Program-made: the position numbers and the translations under genes
DNA from: Heteronotia binoei
Taxonomy: Eukaryota
DNA length: 64,000 bases
Assembly: GCF_032191835.1 (NCBI RefSeq)
Contig: NC_083237.1
Span: 29,388,001 to 29,452,000, forward strand
Reading direction: 5' to 3'
Shown: positions 50,494-62,089 of the stretch, in pieces
How the letters are laid out: each line of letters begins with the position of its first letter
How positions within the stretch are numbered: position 1 is the first letter of the stretch
The notes under the pieces: generated by a model
What the model was told of the DNA's origin: nothing
Seen by the model: the letters and a program-made list of their open reading frames with translations, nothing else
Database searches by the model: none

Positions 50494-53400
50494 ATGGAGT
50501 TAGGGGCCTGCAGGGTAAGGCACGCCTTTCCCCCTTTGGCATACAGTTGCTCATCCTTTGTGTTTGGGTGGGGATAGAGGCCAAAGAAAGGAAGCTTCAC
50601 CCCGCCCCCAGTCAGCGGGAGGACAGAATTCTTTTCCCAAGGCAAAGGAAGAGGAGGAATCATTCCTATAAATGCAGTGGGGTGAGATAGACTAGGAAAT
50701 CTGATTTTCCTGTACTAGGGATTTAGGAGAGAAATAGCAGTACTTGGCATATCCCCGTTTACAACCTCCCTTTAGTCCCCTAGTTATAGATTTGTCCTTT
50801 CCCAATGTTTTAGTATTGCTGGGAGCAGAGCTTTTTTTGTAGCAGGAAATCTGCATATTAGGCCACACGCCCCTGATGTAGCCAATCCTCCAAGTGCTTA
50901 GAGAGCTCTTAGTACATGGCCCATTGTAAGCTCCAGGAGGATTGGCTACATTGGAGGTGTGGCCTAATAGGCAAAGGAGTTTCCTGATTAAAAAGAAAAG
51001 CCCTGGGGAAACCTGCTGAAGTACTTTCAAATGCATTGTTTTGGGCAGGGCTTTTTTTTTAGCAGGAACGCACAGGAATGCAGTTCTGGCTGGCTTGGCA
51101 TCAGGGTGTGTGGCCTGATATGCAAATGAGTCCCTGTTGGGCATTTTCTACAAAAGAGTCCTATGTGAAACAATGGTGATGTCAGGAAGTGTGGCCTAAT
51201 ATGTAAACGAGTTCCTGCTGGGCTTTTTCTCCAAACAAAGCCCTAGTTTTGGGTATGAACTTTGGGTTTTGCCTTCAAATCTTTGGGTCAGGGTGTGGGC
51301 CCTTTCAGTACTGAACTTTTGTTTTATTCCCCCCTCCCTCCTCAGATTGCGTTTGAAAAGGATGGTGTTTATCTACACACCAGTGCAAAGCGTATTCCTG
51401 ATCAGGATTCTATTATCCCGGGGGTTATCCGCATAATTGAAAAGGTGGGTTAAGATAGCCTACTGGTTGGGATTGACAAGGCATTTTAAGAGAGCTGGTA
51501 GGGATGTGAAGATTGTGCCCCAAGATGGGTAAATGTCAGGGTTGTGTGTATCTTGTATGATGGTTTCTTGGCATCTAGTATGTTTCTAGCTTGGAACTCA
51601 GCATGCTGAGTAATTGCTCTTTAAACTTTGTTTAAAAAGTACTTAGGTGTTGTTTAAGAAGTAAGGTTGCAAAAATAAAATACAAGGTGGTGAAATCTCA
51701 TAACTCAGAGAGGACCAGAATGGGATTTTCAGTTGTCATGTTAGGGGGAGGTTTGCAAAGGACAGGAAAAAAGAGTTGCTGAATTATAGTTTTTTGATCC
51801 TCTTTGTGCTGAGAAGTGCAATGTACTAAGGCTCATCTCTGTTTGATATGAATTGTTTCAATACAATTTGTGTATGTTGCTCTGGATATTTTGAAGTGCT
51901 AGGCCTCTTACAAGCCCACCTTTATTTAGGGCTCGGACACTCTGCTACAATGGACACCTGTGGAGGAGTCTTCAGATGTTGCTCAGATGACGTTCACCAA
52001 GAAGGTGAGGCTCCCATCCCAGCTGTTAATCTGCATTCACCATCTAAATCCATTCCATCTCAAAGATTGAGGAGGTCTATTACATTCCTTTAGAATAGGG
52101 ATTCTTAAAATTGTATCATGTTGCTAACCATTGTTGTAATCTATTTGTTAAACTGAAATGGTCATGTAAGAAGAAGAAGAAAGGAACACCTTCTAATCTC
52201 ATTCTCTGCCCATCAGGACACGGTGGGCTGCCAAGCTGATGAAGAAATTTTTGACCCAGGGTATGAGCCGGACTGGGCTGTCATCAGTACAGTGGGGACT
52301 CAATCTCGGGTCCAGGAGGAAACAAATGGTAACCAGAAAGAAAATGAAGGGACTCCCCCTTGAGGTAGCAAAGAGATATGGGCTGAGGGTGACTGGTAAA
52401 TTGGCACTGTAGAATGCAGGCATGGGGAAGGAGATAGAGCTGACAGCAGGGGACTGTGGGATATTCTAGGAAAGAAAAGGGTTGTTTAACACTACTTTTT
52501 CCTTTTCCTCCAAGCAGTTTCTGGGTCAAAGTCTCCTGCTCCGCGTGGCCAGTGGGCTTTCACTCTTCACTTGTCTGAGCTGAAATCCATCCGTAAAAGT
52601 AAGCCAGGTCTGGGCTGGTCGTACCTCATCTTCATCACCAAAGATGGGGTCTCCATTCAGGCCCTGCACTTCCACCGTGGGGGCACCAAGGCCCTTCTCA
52701 AAGCACTTTGCAAATATGTCATCTTAGCCACGTGAGTGTGATGCCGGTACCCTATACGTGACCTAAATTAAGAGGGAGGGGTGGGAGCAGGGGATGGCTC
52801 TGTTGGCGCTTTGCAGAAATTTTACAAAATGAAAAAGGCGGAGCTTCTTTGGATTCTCAGCAAAATAGTGCAAGAGACCCATTTCCTAACACTAGCTTCT
52901 GGAAGTCAGTTTTGAGGCCTGCCTGTTGAGCAAGGCTCTAGCTGCCCCCCCAAATGCTGGATCATTGGCTCTAGTTGTTATAGTTGTTCTAGCTATAAGA
53001 GTTGGTCTAATTATTCACCACACATCATGCAGTAGAGTCTTCCTTTATTTATTTATTTAGTAGGCTTATATTCCTCCCTTTCCCGTAAACGGGCTTTGAT
53101 GGTGTCACTTCAGACTGCGGATAGAAAAATAGCTTTTTAAAAAAAAAAAATGTAATGTTGAATGTTGAGAAAGAACACTTTAGGACAGCGCTGAGCAAAA
53201 AATCCTGATGTGCTAGCTTTCTATCTATAGGGAGGACTATTCAAAAATATGTTCCCCCACCCCTGGCTATCTGAAGTAGTACAGTCCAGGCAAAGTTGTT
53301 ACCATGTTACTGTACTGAATGTGTAACCTGGTTTGAACTGGAAAGCGGGAATTGAGCTCACTCCCTGTTTCTCTTCCTCTCCTCAAAGTTCCCCTAAAGA

Positions 53401-56400
53401 TTCCCGGCTCTATTTGGTTTATACACATGATTCATATGCCCTCTCCCACTCTTTCGATGAACTGCAGCTCTTCGACGACAGCTCTTCCAACCTCGTTTCG
53501 GTGAGATTCTTCTCCAGTCCCTGCATGGCCTATCAAAAGATGTAGCTGGGGCCCTGCCCTGCATAGCCCAGGCAAGCCTGATCTCGTCAGATCACAGATG
53601 CTAAGAAGGGTCAACTCTGGGAAAAACCTCCTTGGGATACCAGAGCTGGGAGGCAGGGGCAGGCTTTATTCAGTCACCTCTCTGAATATCCTCCAGGCCC
53701 CCAGTAGGGGTGAGTCACCGGAGGTCGCCATGACTTCCAGGTGCACACCCACACATAAGAAACGCACAACCCCCCCCTCCCAAAAATATCTGGGGAATCA
53801 GAATGTGAGTCAGTAATTTGTGATAACAACCTGAATATCTAGAGTTTGGAAGTTAAGCAGGGTTGACCTCAGTTACTATTTAGATGGGAGACCACCAAGG
53901 AAGTCCAGGGTCGCCACACAGAGGCAGGCAATGGCAAGCCAATTCTGAAACATCTCTGGCCTAGAAAATCCAAGAAGTGACCCTGTGTCAGTTAATAATT
54001 GTTTCATACTGTTTTTATATTCACAATAGCAACTCTCTGAGGTAGGTTGATCTGAGTGTAGCGTGACTAGCTTGAAGTCACCTGTTGACATTCCATGGCA
54101 GAGTAGGGATTTGAACATGGGTCTCCCAGATCTTAAGAAGAGCCCCGTGGCCCAGAGTGTTAAAGCTGCAGTCCTAAGCTCTACTCATGATCTGAGTTTG
54201 ATCCCCGGCAAAAGCTGGGTTCAGGTAGCCGGCTCAAGGTTGACTCAGCCTTCCATCCTTCCGAGGTCGGTAAAATGAGTACCCAGCTTGCTGGGGGGAA
54301 AGTGTAGATGACTGGGAAAGGCAATGGCAAACCACCCCGTAAAACATCTGCCGTGAAAACGCTGTGAAAGCAACGTCACCCCAGAGTCGGAAACAACTGG
54401 TGCTTGCACAGGGGACCTTTCCTTTTCCTCCCAGATCTTAGGCTAACCCCTACACTGTGCCAGCTGCCCCGATGGGAAGGGGGTGATTGAAAGGAAGAAC
54501 AGAAGCTATGAATGAGGCTGCTGAGGTGGGCTGCCACTGGCTAGAGCAGAGGAACCTGGACTTCTGAGCTCTCTTTGGAAGCAGTTAGATTAGAAGAGAG
54601 AAGAGTGGGTAGTAAATGCTGGGCAAACTGTAAAGTTAAAGTTCTAGTGTCTATTGAGGGTGTATTTCTGGCTTGTCTGGCAGAGGAATGGAGTTTTATA
54701 TACTGTCCCCAACTCAAACCTGCCATCCAATGAAGAGCATAGCCCACCTTGACTTTGTTTCATTCCCCCTCTTCCTCCTGCAGCGATTCTTGCAGGATCC
54801 TTACGCTGCCACCTTTGGGGGTTTCTCCAAAGTCACCAATTTCTTCCGCGGGGCTCTGCACCACGAGGACGGGACCCCCCAGCATGTTCAGAGCGACCCT
54901 GGTGCCAGCAATGTCGAAGATGAGACGGGCTTTGAACTGATCACCTGTGTGAGTGTTGGAACCCGCAGCTCTGGCGAGGGGCACTGGCCAAAGCGGTAGC
55001 CGTTCCAGGCACCTGGGGGAAAGCAAAGCTTTTGGCCACCCTTTCTCATCCCCAGCTGCTTCCTTCCCCACTGGATGTGGCTGAACTGGAAGCAGCCATG
55101 CTGGTGAGATTGGTTCAAGGAACATGTATGTCAACAGGAAGGGGCATCCGCCTGTCTCCTCCTCCTTTCCTGGGATCAGAATGCAAGGACTTGGTCAGTC
55201 AAGATGCATGTGACTGAAGAAGTGATTCCCAAAAATGAGGACGCCAGGAAGATAATCCGCCTCTCCCAGTGACTTTTCAAATGGCATTGTTTGTTTATTA
55301 TTAGGTTGTGAGAGCCTTGGGTGTCCTGCAGAAATTTAGTTATGGCAGAGAAGCCTCCCCCAAAGCTGTCATCGTCAGACTTCCTTTGTACCACGTGCAG
55401 GAGCAGGAAAGAGTAGGACTCGTGTTCTGCTTGGGTGGGGAGTTACCTAGACCAGCAGGGCTTGCATCTCGTCCACACCAAGTAGCTGCTTTAGGAAGTG
55501 TCCTGGATTCTCTGCAACATGCAGGCAGGCTTTAATGGGAAAAGACTCTCCTGACAGCAGAGGGTTTTCGTTGGGAAGTCTTGTGGGCCTCTCTTGGCCT
55601 TTCTAAGGCAGAGAGCGTATTCTCTGCTCTTTCCTGCCTCCCCAGCTTCTTCTGTGCTTTATTTATTTTCATTTACGTTTCACTGAGACTTGAGGCTGAT
55701 TACAGAGTACAGCAAGAGAAAAAAAAAATTGCAATCCTACAGCATAGTGTGTCAAATGGACACTGTAAGGGGATGAGGAGTTCAAAATTGAATTTCAAGT
55801 GTGAGCCAGAGTGCCATAACGTGGTTGAAGATAGCCAGTGAACCATGCAGTAGGATGAGGAATAAAAAAATGAATGACCGCGTGAAATATACTTATTAGT
55901 CACTAGACCAGCATATAGTTACAATAAGAAATTTCTGTATACAAAATACAAGATATACAAAATTTGAAAATTAAAACCAGAAACCTAGTTAAAACATAAC
56001 TTCTATTTGTCAGTACACAAAATCTAGCAACTTGATAAGTGATCTTGGGATTCTTATCAGATAAAAGGTAATCAAGCATGGCTTTATTTGGGTAACAAGG
56101 AATCTTATCCAGCAACAGGGTAATAGTCTCCAAATGAGCCTTCTTATAATACAGGCAACTAAAGAACATGTGCTTCGTACACTTGACCTCCCTTAATGGG
56201 CTTGTACATAACCTTTCTAGATAGGGGTTTTTCTTATACCTGCCTTCAAAAAATGTAGAGAAGAGTGCAGAACTCCTTGTGAAGGTGAATGCCCTTCTAA
56301 AACTGTTTAGTTCCAAAGAAGCCAGATAAGCTGCCGACTGACCATGTGAATGACAAAGTCAGGTGGGGCAGTTGCTGAGCCCTGGGGTTTGTGTCGCATG

Positions 56401-59400
56401 GCCCGTGCCTTCCCCCTTCCTCCGCCCCTGCTCCCAGGGGCACACATTGCCCAGTGCCATCAGGGAAAGGGCTGCAGGCAGATGTGAGCATGGGCAGGGA
56501 AGGATGCCCAGGCACACAGTTGGGTTGGAAGGGGGTGGAGGGGGGACTTATGGAACTTTTGGAGCCCCTCCTCCAAAAAAACCCTAGTATTGCTCTGCCC
56601 GGCCAGCACAGTGCAAGTGGTGCAGTGTGGAATTACAAAAGTGCAATGTGATGTGATCCCCACTCCCATATGGAGGCACCCTTCTGACCATTCTGTCCCA
56701 TTACAGATCTGATTCCATTACATGAACACCCTGCTGAAAAACGGTGATTCCAGAGGGGCAACCATGTTAGTCTGTTGGAGCAGAAATAAATAAGACCCTT
56801 GCAAAAGAATAACAAAACAAACTAGTAGAAAAGAGCAAGGTTCTGGCAGCGCCTTAAAAACTAACAAAATTTGTGGCAGGGGATAAGCTTTCATGAGTCA
56901 CTGAAGAAGTGAGCAGTGACTCATGAAAGCTCACACCCTGCCACAAATTAAGTCCCTAAGGTGCTGTGGGGCTCTTGCTCTTTTCTACTGCTACAGACAG
57001 ACTAACATGGCTACCCATCTTAAAATAAACTACTGACAAGCAAAGTGTGGGTTCACTCACTGCATCTGAAGAAGTGGGTTCTAGTCCTTAAATGCTCATG
57101 CTGCAAGAAAACTGTTAGTCTTTACAGCATCGCAAGACTCCCGTTCAGCTTCCCTCCTTCCTTAACGCTCTTTCTGTTTCTGCCGGCAGCAGGCACGGCT
57201 GGCAGAGCGGCCGTCAGTCCAGCGGGAGGCCCCGGTCACGGAACAGGAGTGGGAGCAGCACCTGGATCCCGACGGGCGTGTGGTAGACCCCAGTGGGCTA
57301 CGCAGGAGGATCTTTGCTGGGGTGAGCTTGACAGGCATTCAGGGAAATAGCAAGCAAAGAAGAAGAGGCCTTATGGATGGCTGTACATGAAGCCAGGAGT
57401 GCTTCTTTTCCCTTCCTAGCCTCCAGAGTTTGATGCCAGGGTGGAATGTGCTACCTGTTCTGTAATGTGCAGCCAAACCAAATCCCCATTCCTCCTTTTC
57501 CTGCCTGTTTTTCTGCACTTTCCAGGGCCTCAGCATGTCGTTGCGCAAGGAGGCCTGGAAATACCTGCTGGGCTGTTATGCCTGGGAGAACAGCGCCGAG
57601 GAGAACAAAGCACAAGTGAGGAGGAAAACGTAAGGCTGGGGCAGAGTTACCAAAGCCAGGGGAGACGTGGATTTGAATAGGCATAATCTGCCTGCAGAGA
57701 AAGAGTTAGGGTGTGAGCTTTCTAATGCGCTCCAACTCCTGCTGTTGTCAGGGATGAGTATTTCCGTATGAAGCTACAATGGAAGTCGGTTAGCGAGGAG
57801 CAGGAACGACGGAACTCCTTGCTGCGTGGCTACCGCAGCCTAATAGGTCAGTTTGAGCTCCACCTCCCATGCCTAATTAGTCGATGACAGTATTCCCCTC
57901 CTGGTCCCACAATGCATTTCTGTGTCTTTTGTTTGTTTGCTTTTGGTCCCCTTATGCCTGCAAAGGCTTGTTCATATAGAACTAAATGTTTGGTAATTTT
58001 AAAACTATTCACTGATAATATACTCAGTTTGTACAGAACTATCACACAACTGGGTTGGACCCAAAGGGCTGGCATTCTTTTTCATACTGTAGCCAGCCAT
58101 ATGTTTCTTGGGAAGTCCAGCATGAAACAGACTTTCCTCACTGTTTCTCCCACCCCCACCAGCTACCGATACACAGAAGTACTTTCCAAACATGGAGGTT
58201 ATATGGCTAATAGCCACAGATTCCTGAAGGACAGGTCTCACTCTCTTGTAAGACATTTTATTGGAGGGGGGAGGCTTTGTTAGCTGTATGATGCAGTTTT
58301 GTTCATTTGTCCTGTATATGCTGTCTGTCCGTGCCTCGGGTGACTTGAGTTCTAGTGCTGGGTGAGGGGTGTGTGTGCGCGGGCATCTGCCTTTTAGAGA
58401 GTGGTGGAACAGTACTGCATAGAGTTATACAGATGTGGCCAGAGCAGAGACTGATATGAAAGTGGCTGACTTATTTTCAGTCCCTTTGCTAATAACTCCT
58501 GTCGTGAAGTTTGCCTTTTTTACACTGCATGCTGAAATTATGTTTTTCAGCAAGTCACTTAGCATGAGCCTCAGATCTTTCCTTCATAGTCAGATTCCCT
58601 CTGTGTGTATTTGTAGCAGGTTTCTTTAAAAAACAACAACAACAGTATGCAGGGCTTTTTTGGAGCAGAAACGCACAGGAACACAGTTCCGGCTGACTTG
58701 GTGCAGGAGGTGTGGCCTAATATACAAATGAGTTCCTCCTGGGCTTTTCTACAAAAAAAGCCTTGCCAGTATGCATGATTTTGTTGTGAATGGCATTGAG
58801 TCTTTTGGGCCATTTTGCTGGCTGTTTCCCCCACTTTGGGAAGATCCTTCTTGCGGGCTTTCATTTTCACCAACATGGATAATCTGGTGTCACCTACATT
58901 GCTGATTTCACAGAATGGATAAGAAGTTCAGCCGAGAGCTGCTGTGGTCCGGTGATCAGAGGAGTGTTGGACTAGGATCTGGGAGATCCAGGCTGAGATC
59001 CCCACTCAGCCATGGAAGTTTGCTGGGTAACCTTGGGCCAGCTGCTCTCAGCCTGACCCAGGTTGTTGTCAGGCTAAAAGAGAGTCAGGGAAAACAGTGT
59101 TGCAAGCCACTTTGCGTCTCCATTGGGAAGAAAGGAAAGGTGTAAGTTTCTCAATAGCACCAGGCCCAATCCAGAACCTTAGGTGATCCCATTGTCTGCT
59201 TCCCTCTGCTGTAGAAACTCTATTTCTACCATCTGCTTCCCAGTTCTTCAAGTAGTTATCAGTCTTTAAGAGGACCTGTCCCTTTATCCTGTGGCTGCCA
59301 AGTCACTAAATGAGAAGCAGGGCTTTTTTTGTAGCAGGAACTCCTTTGCATATTAGGCAATACTCCCCTGATGTAGCCAATCCTCCAAGAGCTTACAGGG

Positions 59401-59892
59401 CTCTTAGTACAGGGCCTACTGTAAGCTCCAGGAGGATTGGCTGCATCAGGGGGTTGCAGCCTAATATGCAAAGGACTTCTTGCTCCAAAAAAAGCCTTGG
59501 GCAGCAGCTTCCAGGGTCGTGGCTGCATCAACAGCTGCTACTGGAAATCCTTTAAGTGGAAATTGAACATGGGTTCTTCATGCCAAGCAGGTGGTTTACT
59601 TGGGAGCCATTCCTGGGAAGGTGCTTCCATGCCCGTGTCTCTCTCTTGCTGTCACTTGTCCTGCCGAACTGCTGCAGATCGCTGGGACATGTTCACCTCG
59701 TATTTCAAACTCTGCGTTTTGACAGGTGGTAAATAATCCACTGGCCTTGCTCAGTGAGTCTCCCTCTCTTTGCAGAAAGGGACGTGAGCCGCACGGATCG
59801 AAGCAACAAGTTCTATGAAGGCAGCGAGAACCCGGGCCTCGTGCTTCTGAATGACGTGTTGATGACCTATTGCATGTACAACTTTGACCTTG
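50494..59892 (+). CDS. TBC1D17: TBC1 domain family member 17 (Rab GAP), 5' part (coding exons 1-11; continues beyond the window)
   Basis: Exons 50494-50514, 51346-51444, 51930-52004, 52217-52328, 52515-52731, 53389-53500, 54784-54948, 57190-57321, 57526-57629, 57752-57846 and 59776-59892 join in frame. Motifs FEKDGVYLHTSAK, FDPGYEPDWAVIS, LHFHRGGT, RFLQDPY, DEYFRMKLQWKSVS and IERDVSRTDR (TBC Arg finger). Confidence 0.96.
53572..53910 (+). mobile_element. 5S rRNA-derived SINE (SINE3-like) fragments
   Basis: CCTGATCTCGTCAGATC...GCTAAGAAGGGTC (~53577-53613) and GGAAGTTAAGCAGGGT...TAGATGGGAGACCACC (~53848-53896) resemble 5S rRNA but are diverged. Confidence 0.6.
54138..54427 (+). mobile_element. 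Sauria SINE
   Basis: Contains GGCTCAAGGTTGACTCAGCCTTCCATCCTTCCGAGGTCGGTAAAATGAGTACCCAG and the RTE-like tail GGCAATGGCAAACCACCCCG...ACCTTTCC. Confidence 0.8.
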
Positions 59893-60879
59893 GTGAGGAT
59901 CTGGTTGGCTGGGGAGGGTGTGGAAAACAGGGCCAGCCCCAACTTTCAGGGGCCCTTGGGCAGTTTGGCCTAGCAAGAACCCCCCCCCCCCTCAACTGTC
60001 CAGGGGTAAGAGTTGTGGCTGGTGAGGGGTGGTGGAGAAATGCAGCCTTTGAACTGACGAACCCCAAGTTCCTCGTAGCAGGCTGAACAGGGCCCAAAAC
60101 AGGGCTGAAAAACTCTACCAGTTCCCTGCATCCTCTTGCTTAAGTGGGGGTATGCAAGGAAATGCGGAGACATGTGGAAGACCTGCCTGGGTCTGGCAGA
60201 TCCTTGCCAGCAGGGGGCGCTGTGTGGCCCTCCTAGAGGCCTCTGCCTGAGAAAGGAGGGGGTTTCCTTCATCCTTGTTCTCCGCTCCTCTCCTGACCTT
60301 GTGCCTTTCAGCATGAGAAGCCAGAGCCAGCATCATCCTTGACCTGTTTCCTTGTGCTTTTGGAAAGCCCTGACTTGCCCTAAGGCCTTTGGAGGCTCCT
60401 CCTCCACTTTGGAACTCCATAGATCTCCTGTGGGAAGTTGTTGCTGCTCCTAGATCCCGGCATCCATACAGCTCCACCTTCCCCCACGTTTGGCTCAAAA
60501 CTGCACCCAGCAGATTGCCCCAGCAGGGGGGCAGTTAAAGGGCCAGTCCCTTTCCCCAGGTGTTGCCACTTTGGTGTGTGGCCGTGAGGGTGGGTCCCGG
60601 GCTTCCCTCAGAGTCAGGGAGCTTCAGATTTGCTCAGGACTCCACCCCAAAACATACCCGCTGTATGAGCAGCTTTGTGTCAAACTCACCTGTTTCCGGC
60701 TCAAAACTCTCCTTTGAAGTTTCCCCTCCCAACAAAAGTAAGGTTAGCATTTTTTTGAATATTGAATTGATATATTTATTTGGCAAAAGTTTGTATTTTG
60801 CTTTCCCACAGCCCTCTCATAGCAGCTTGTGATAAACAAGCGCAGTCTGCTTGGGCTGGGCTGTCACAATGTGTGGATG

Positions 60880-61375
60880 ACCCTCCACTGCCACTTGTAC
60901 TCTCAGCCGACTACCGGGTGGCTGAGAAGCCCTGAGCCGGTGTCTGAAGACAGTTTAGGGGTGGCTGCAGGCGAAGGGGTGGCTGCAGGCGAATGCATCA
61001 AAGCATAATCCTGACCAGATGGAAGTGCTACTGAAAAGTTTGACCCGGGATTCACAGCATTGTCGGTTCTGGGTGGGGTCACCCTCTTGAAGGAGCAGCT
61101 CCGTAGTGAGGGGCACTCTGGAACCTGCTGCTAGAGAAATGGGTGTAAGCTGTGGCCAGGAGTGCCTTTGATCAGCTTTGACCAGTTAGGCAGCTGCAGC
61201 CTGTCCTGGGCAGAAAGGATCTGGCTGCTGTGATGCAGGCTGTGGCTGTGGCTGCATCTAGATTAGGATGTGCTCTGTGTGGGGCTGCCCTAGAGAAGTG
61301 TTTGGGAACCTCCACTGGCGCAGAATGCTATTGCTGTAGGGGCCACAGCCCTGCCATCTCCGCTGGCTCCCAGTC
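60880..61375 (+). mobile_element. L2-type LINE RT fragment (decayed)
   Basis: NPDQMEVL...RQLQPVLGRKDLAAVMQAV...SRL matches the L2 ORF2 post-RT region as recalled. Confidence 0.55.
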
Positions 61376-61384
61376 AGTTTGGGA

Positions 61385-61900
61385 GAGAGCCAGTTTGGTG
61401 AAGTGGTTAAGAGTGGCAGGTTCTAATCTGGAGAACTGGGTTTGATTCTCTGCTCTTCCTCCATGTGCAGCTGCTGAGTGACTTTGGGAGCCAGTGACAG
61501 TTCTCGCAGAGCTCTCTCAGCCCCACCTGCTTCACAAGGTCCCTGTTGCAGGGAGAGGAAGGGAAGGCAATTGTAAGCTGCTCCGAGACTCCTGTTTGGT
61601 GTAGTGGTTAACTGTGCAGACACTTACCTGGGAGAACTGGGTTTGATTCCCCACTCCTCCACTTGCAGCTGCTGAAATGGCCTTGGATCAGCCATAGCTC
61701 TGTTAGGAGTTGCCCTTGAAAGGGCAGCTTCTGGCAGAGCTCTCTCAGCCCCACCTACTTCACAGGGTGTCTGTTGTGGGGGAAGAAGATAAAGGATATG
61801 GTAAGCCGCTCTGAGACTCTGATTCAGAGAGAAGAGCAGGGTATAAATCTATGATCATCTTCCTTTGGGTAGTGAAGGGCAGGGTATAAAACCAACCCCT
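61385..61900 (+). mobile_element. Two nested Squam3-like SINEs
   Basis: A second head (GTTTGGTGTAGTGGTTAA, ~61596) sits inside the 3' part of the first copy, whose tail (GGGCAGGGTATAAA) resumes at ~61875. Confidence 0.65.
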
Positions 61901-62089
61901 CCTCCTCGTTGTTTCTGGGCACAATTCAAAGTGGTGTTGCTGACCTCTGAAGCCCTACATGGCTTGGGACCAGCATACCCCCCCCCCCGCGCCCTGGCTC
62001 CCTTACGAACCTACCTGACCCTTACCATCATCTTCTAAGGCCCTACTTTGGGTGCCCCTGCCTTCTGTGATTAGTTGGCAACCAAGGTA

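Noticed and set aside
53572-53910. Possible 5S rRNA gene
   Set aside because: Fragmented and diverged with non-5S flanks; better explained as a 5S-derived SINE.
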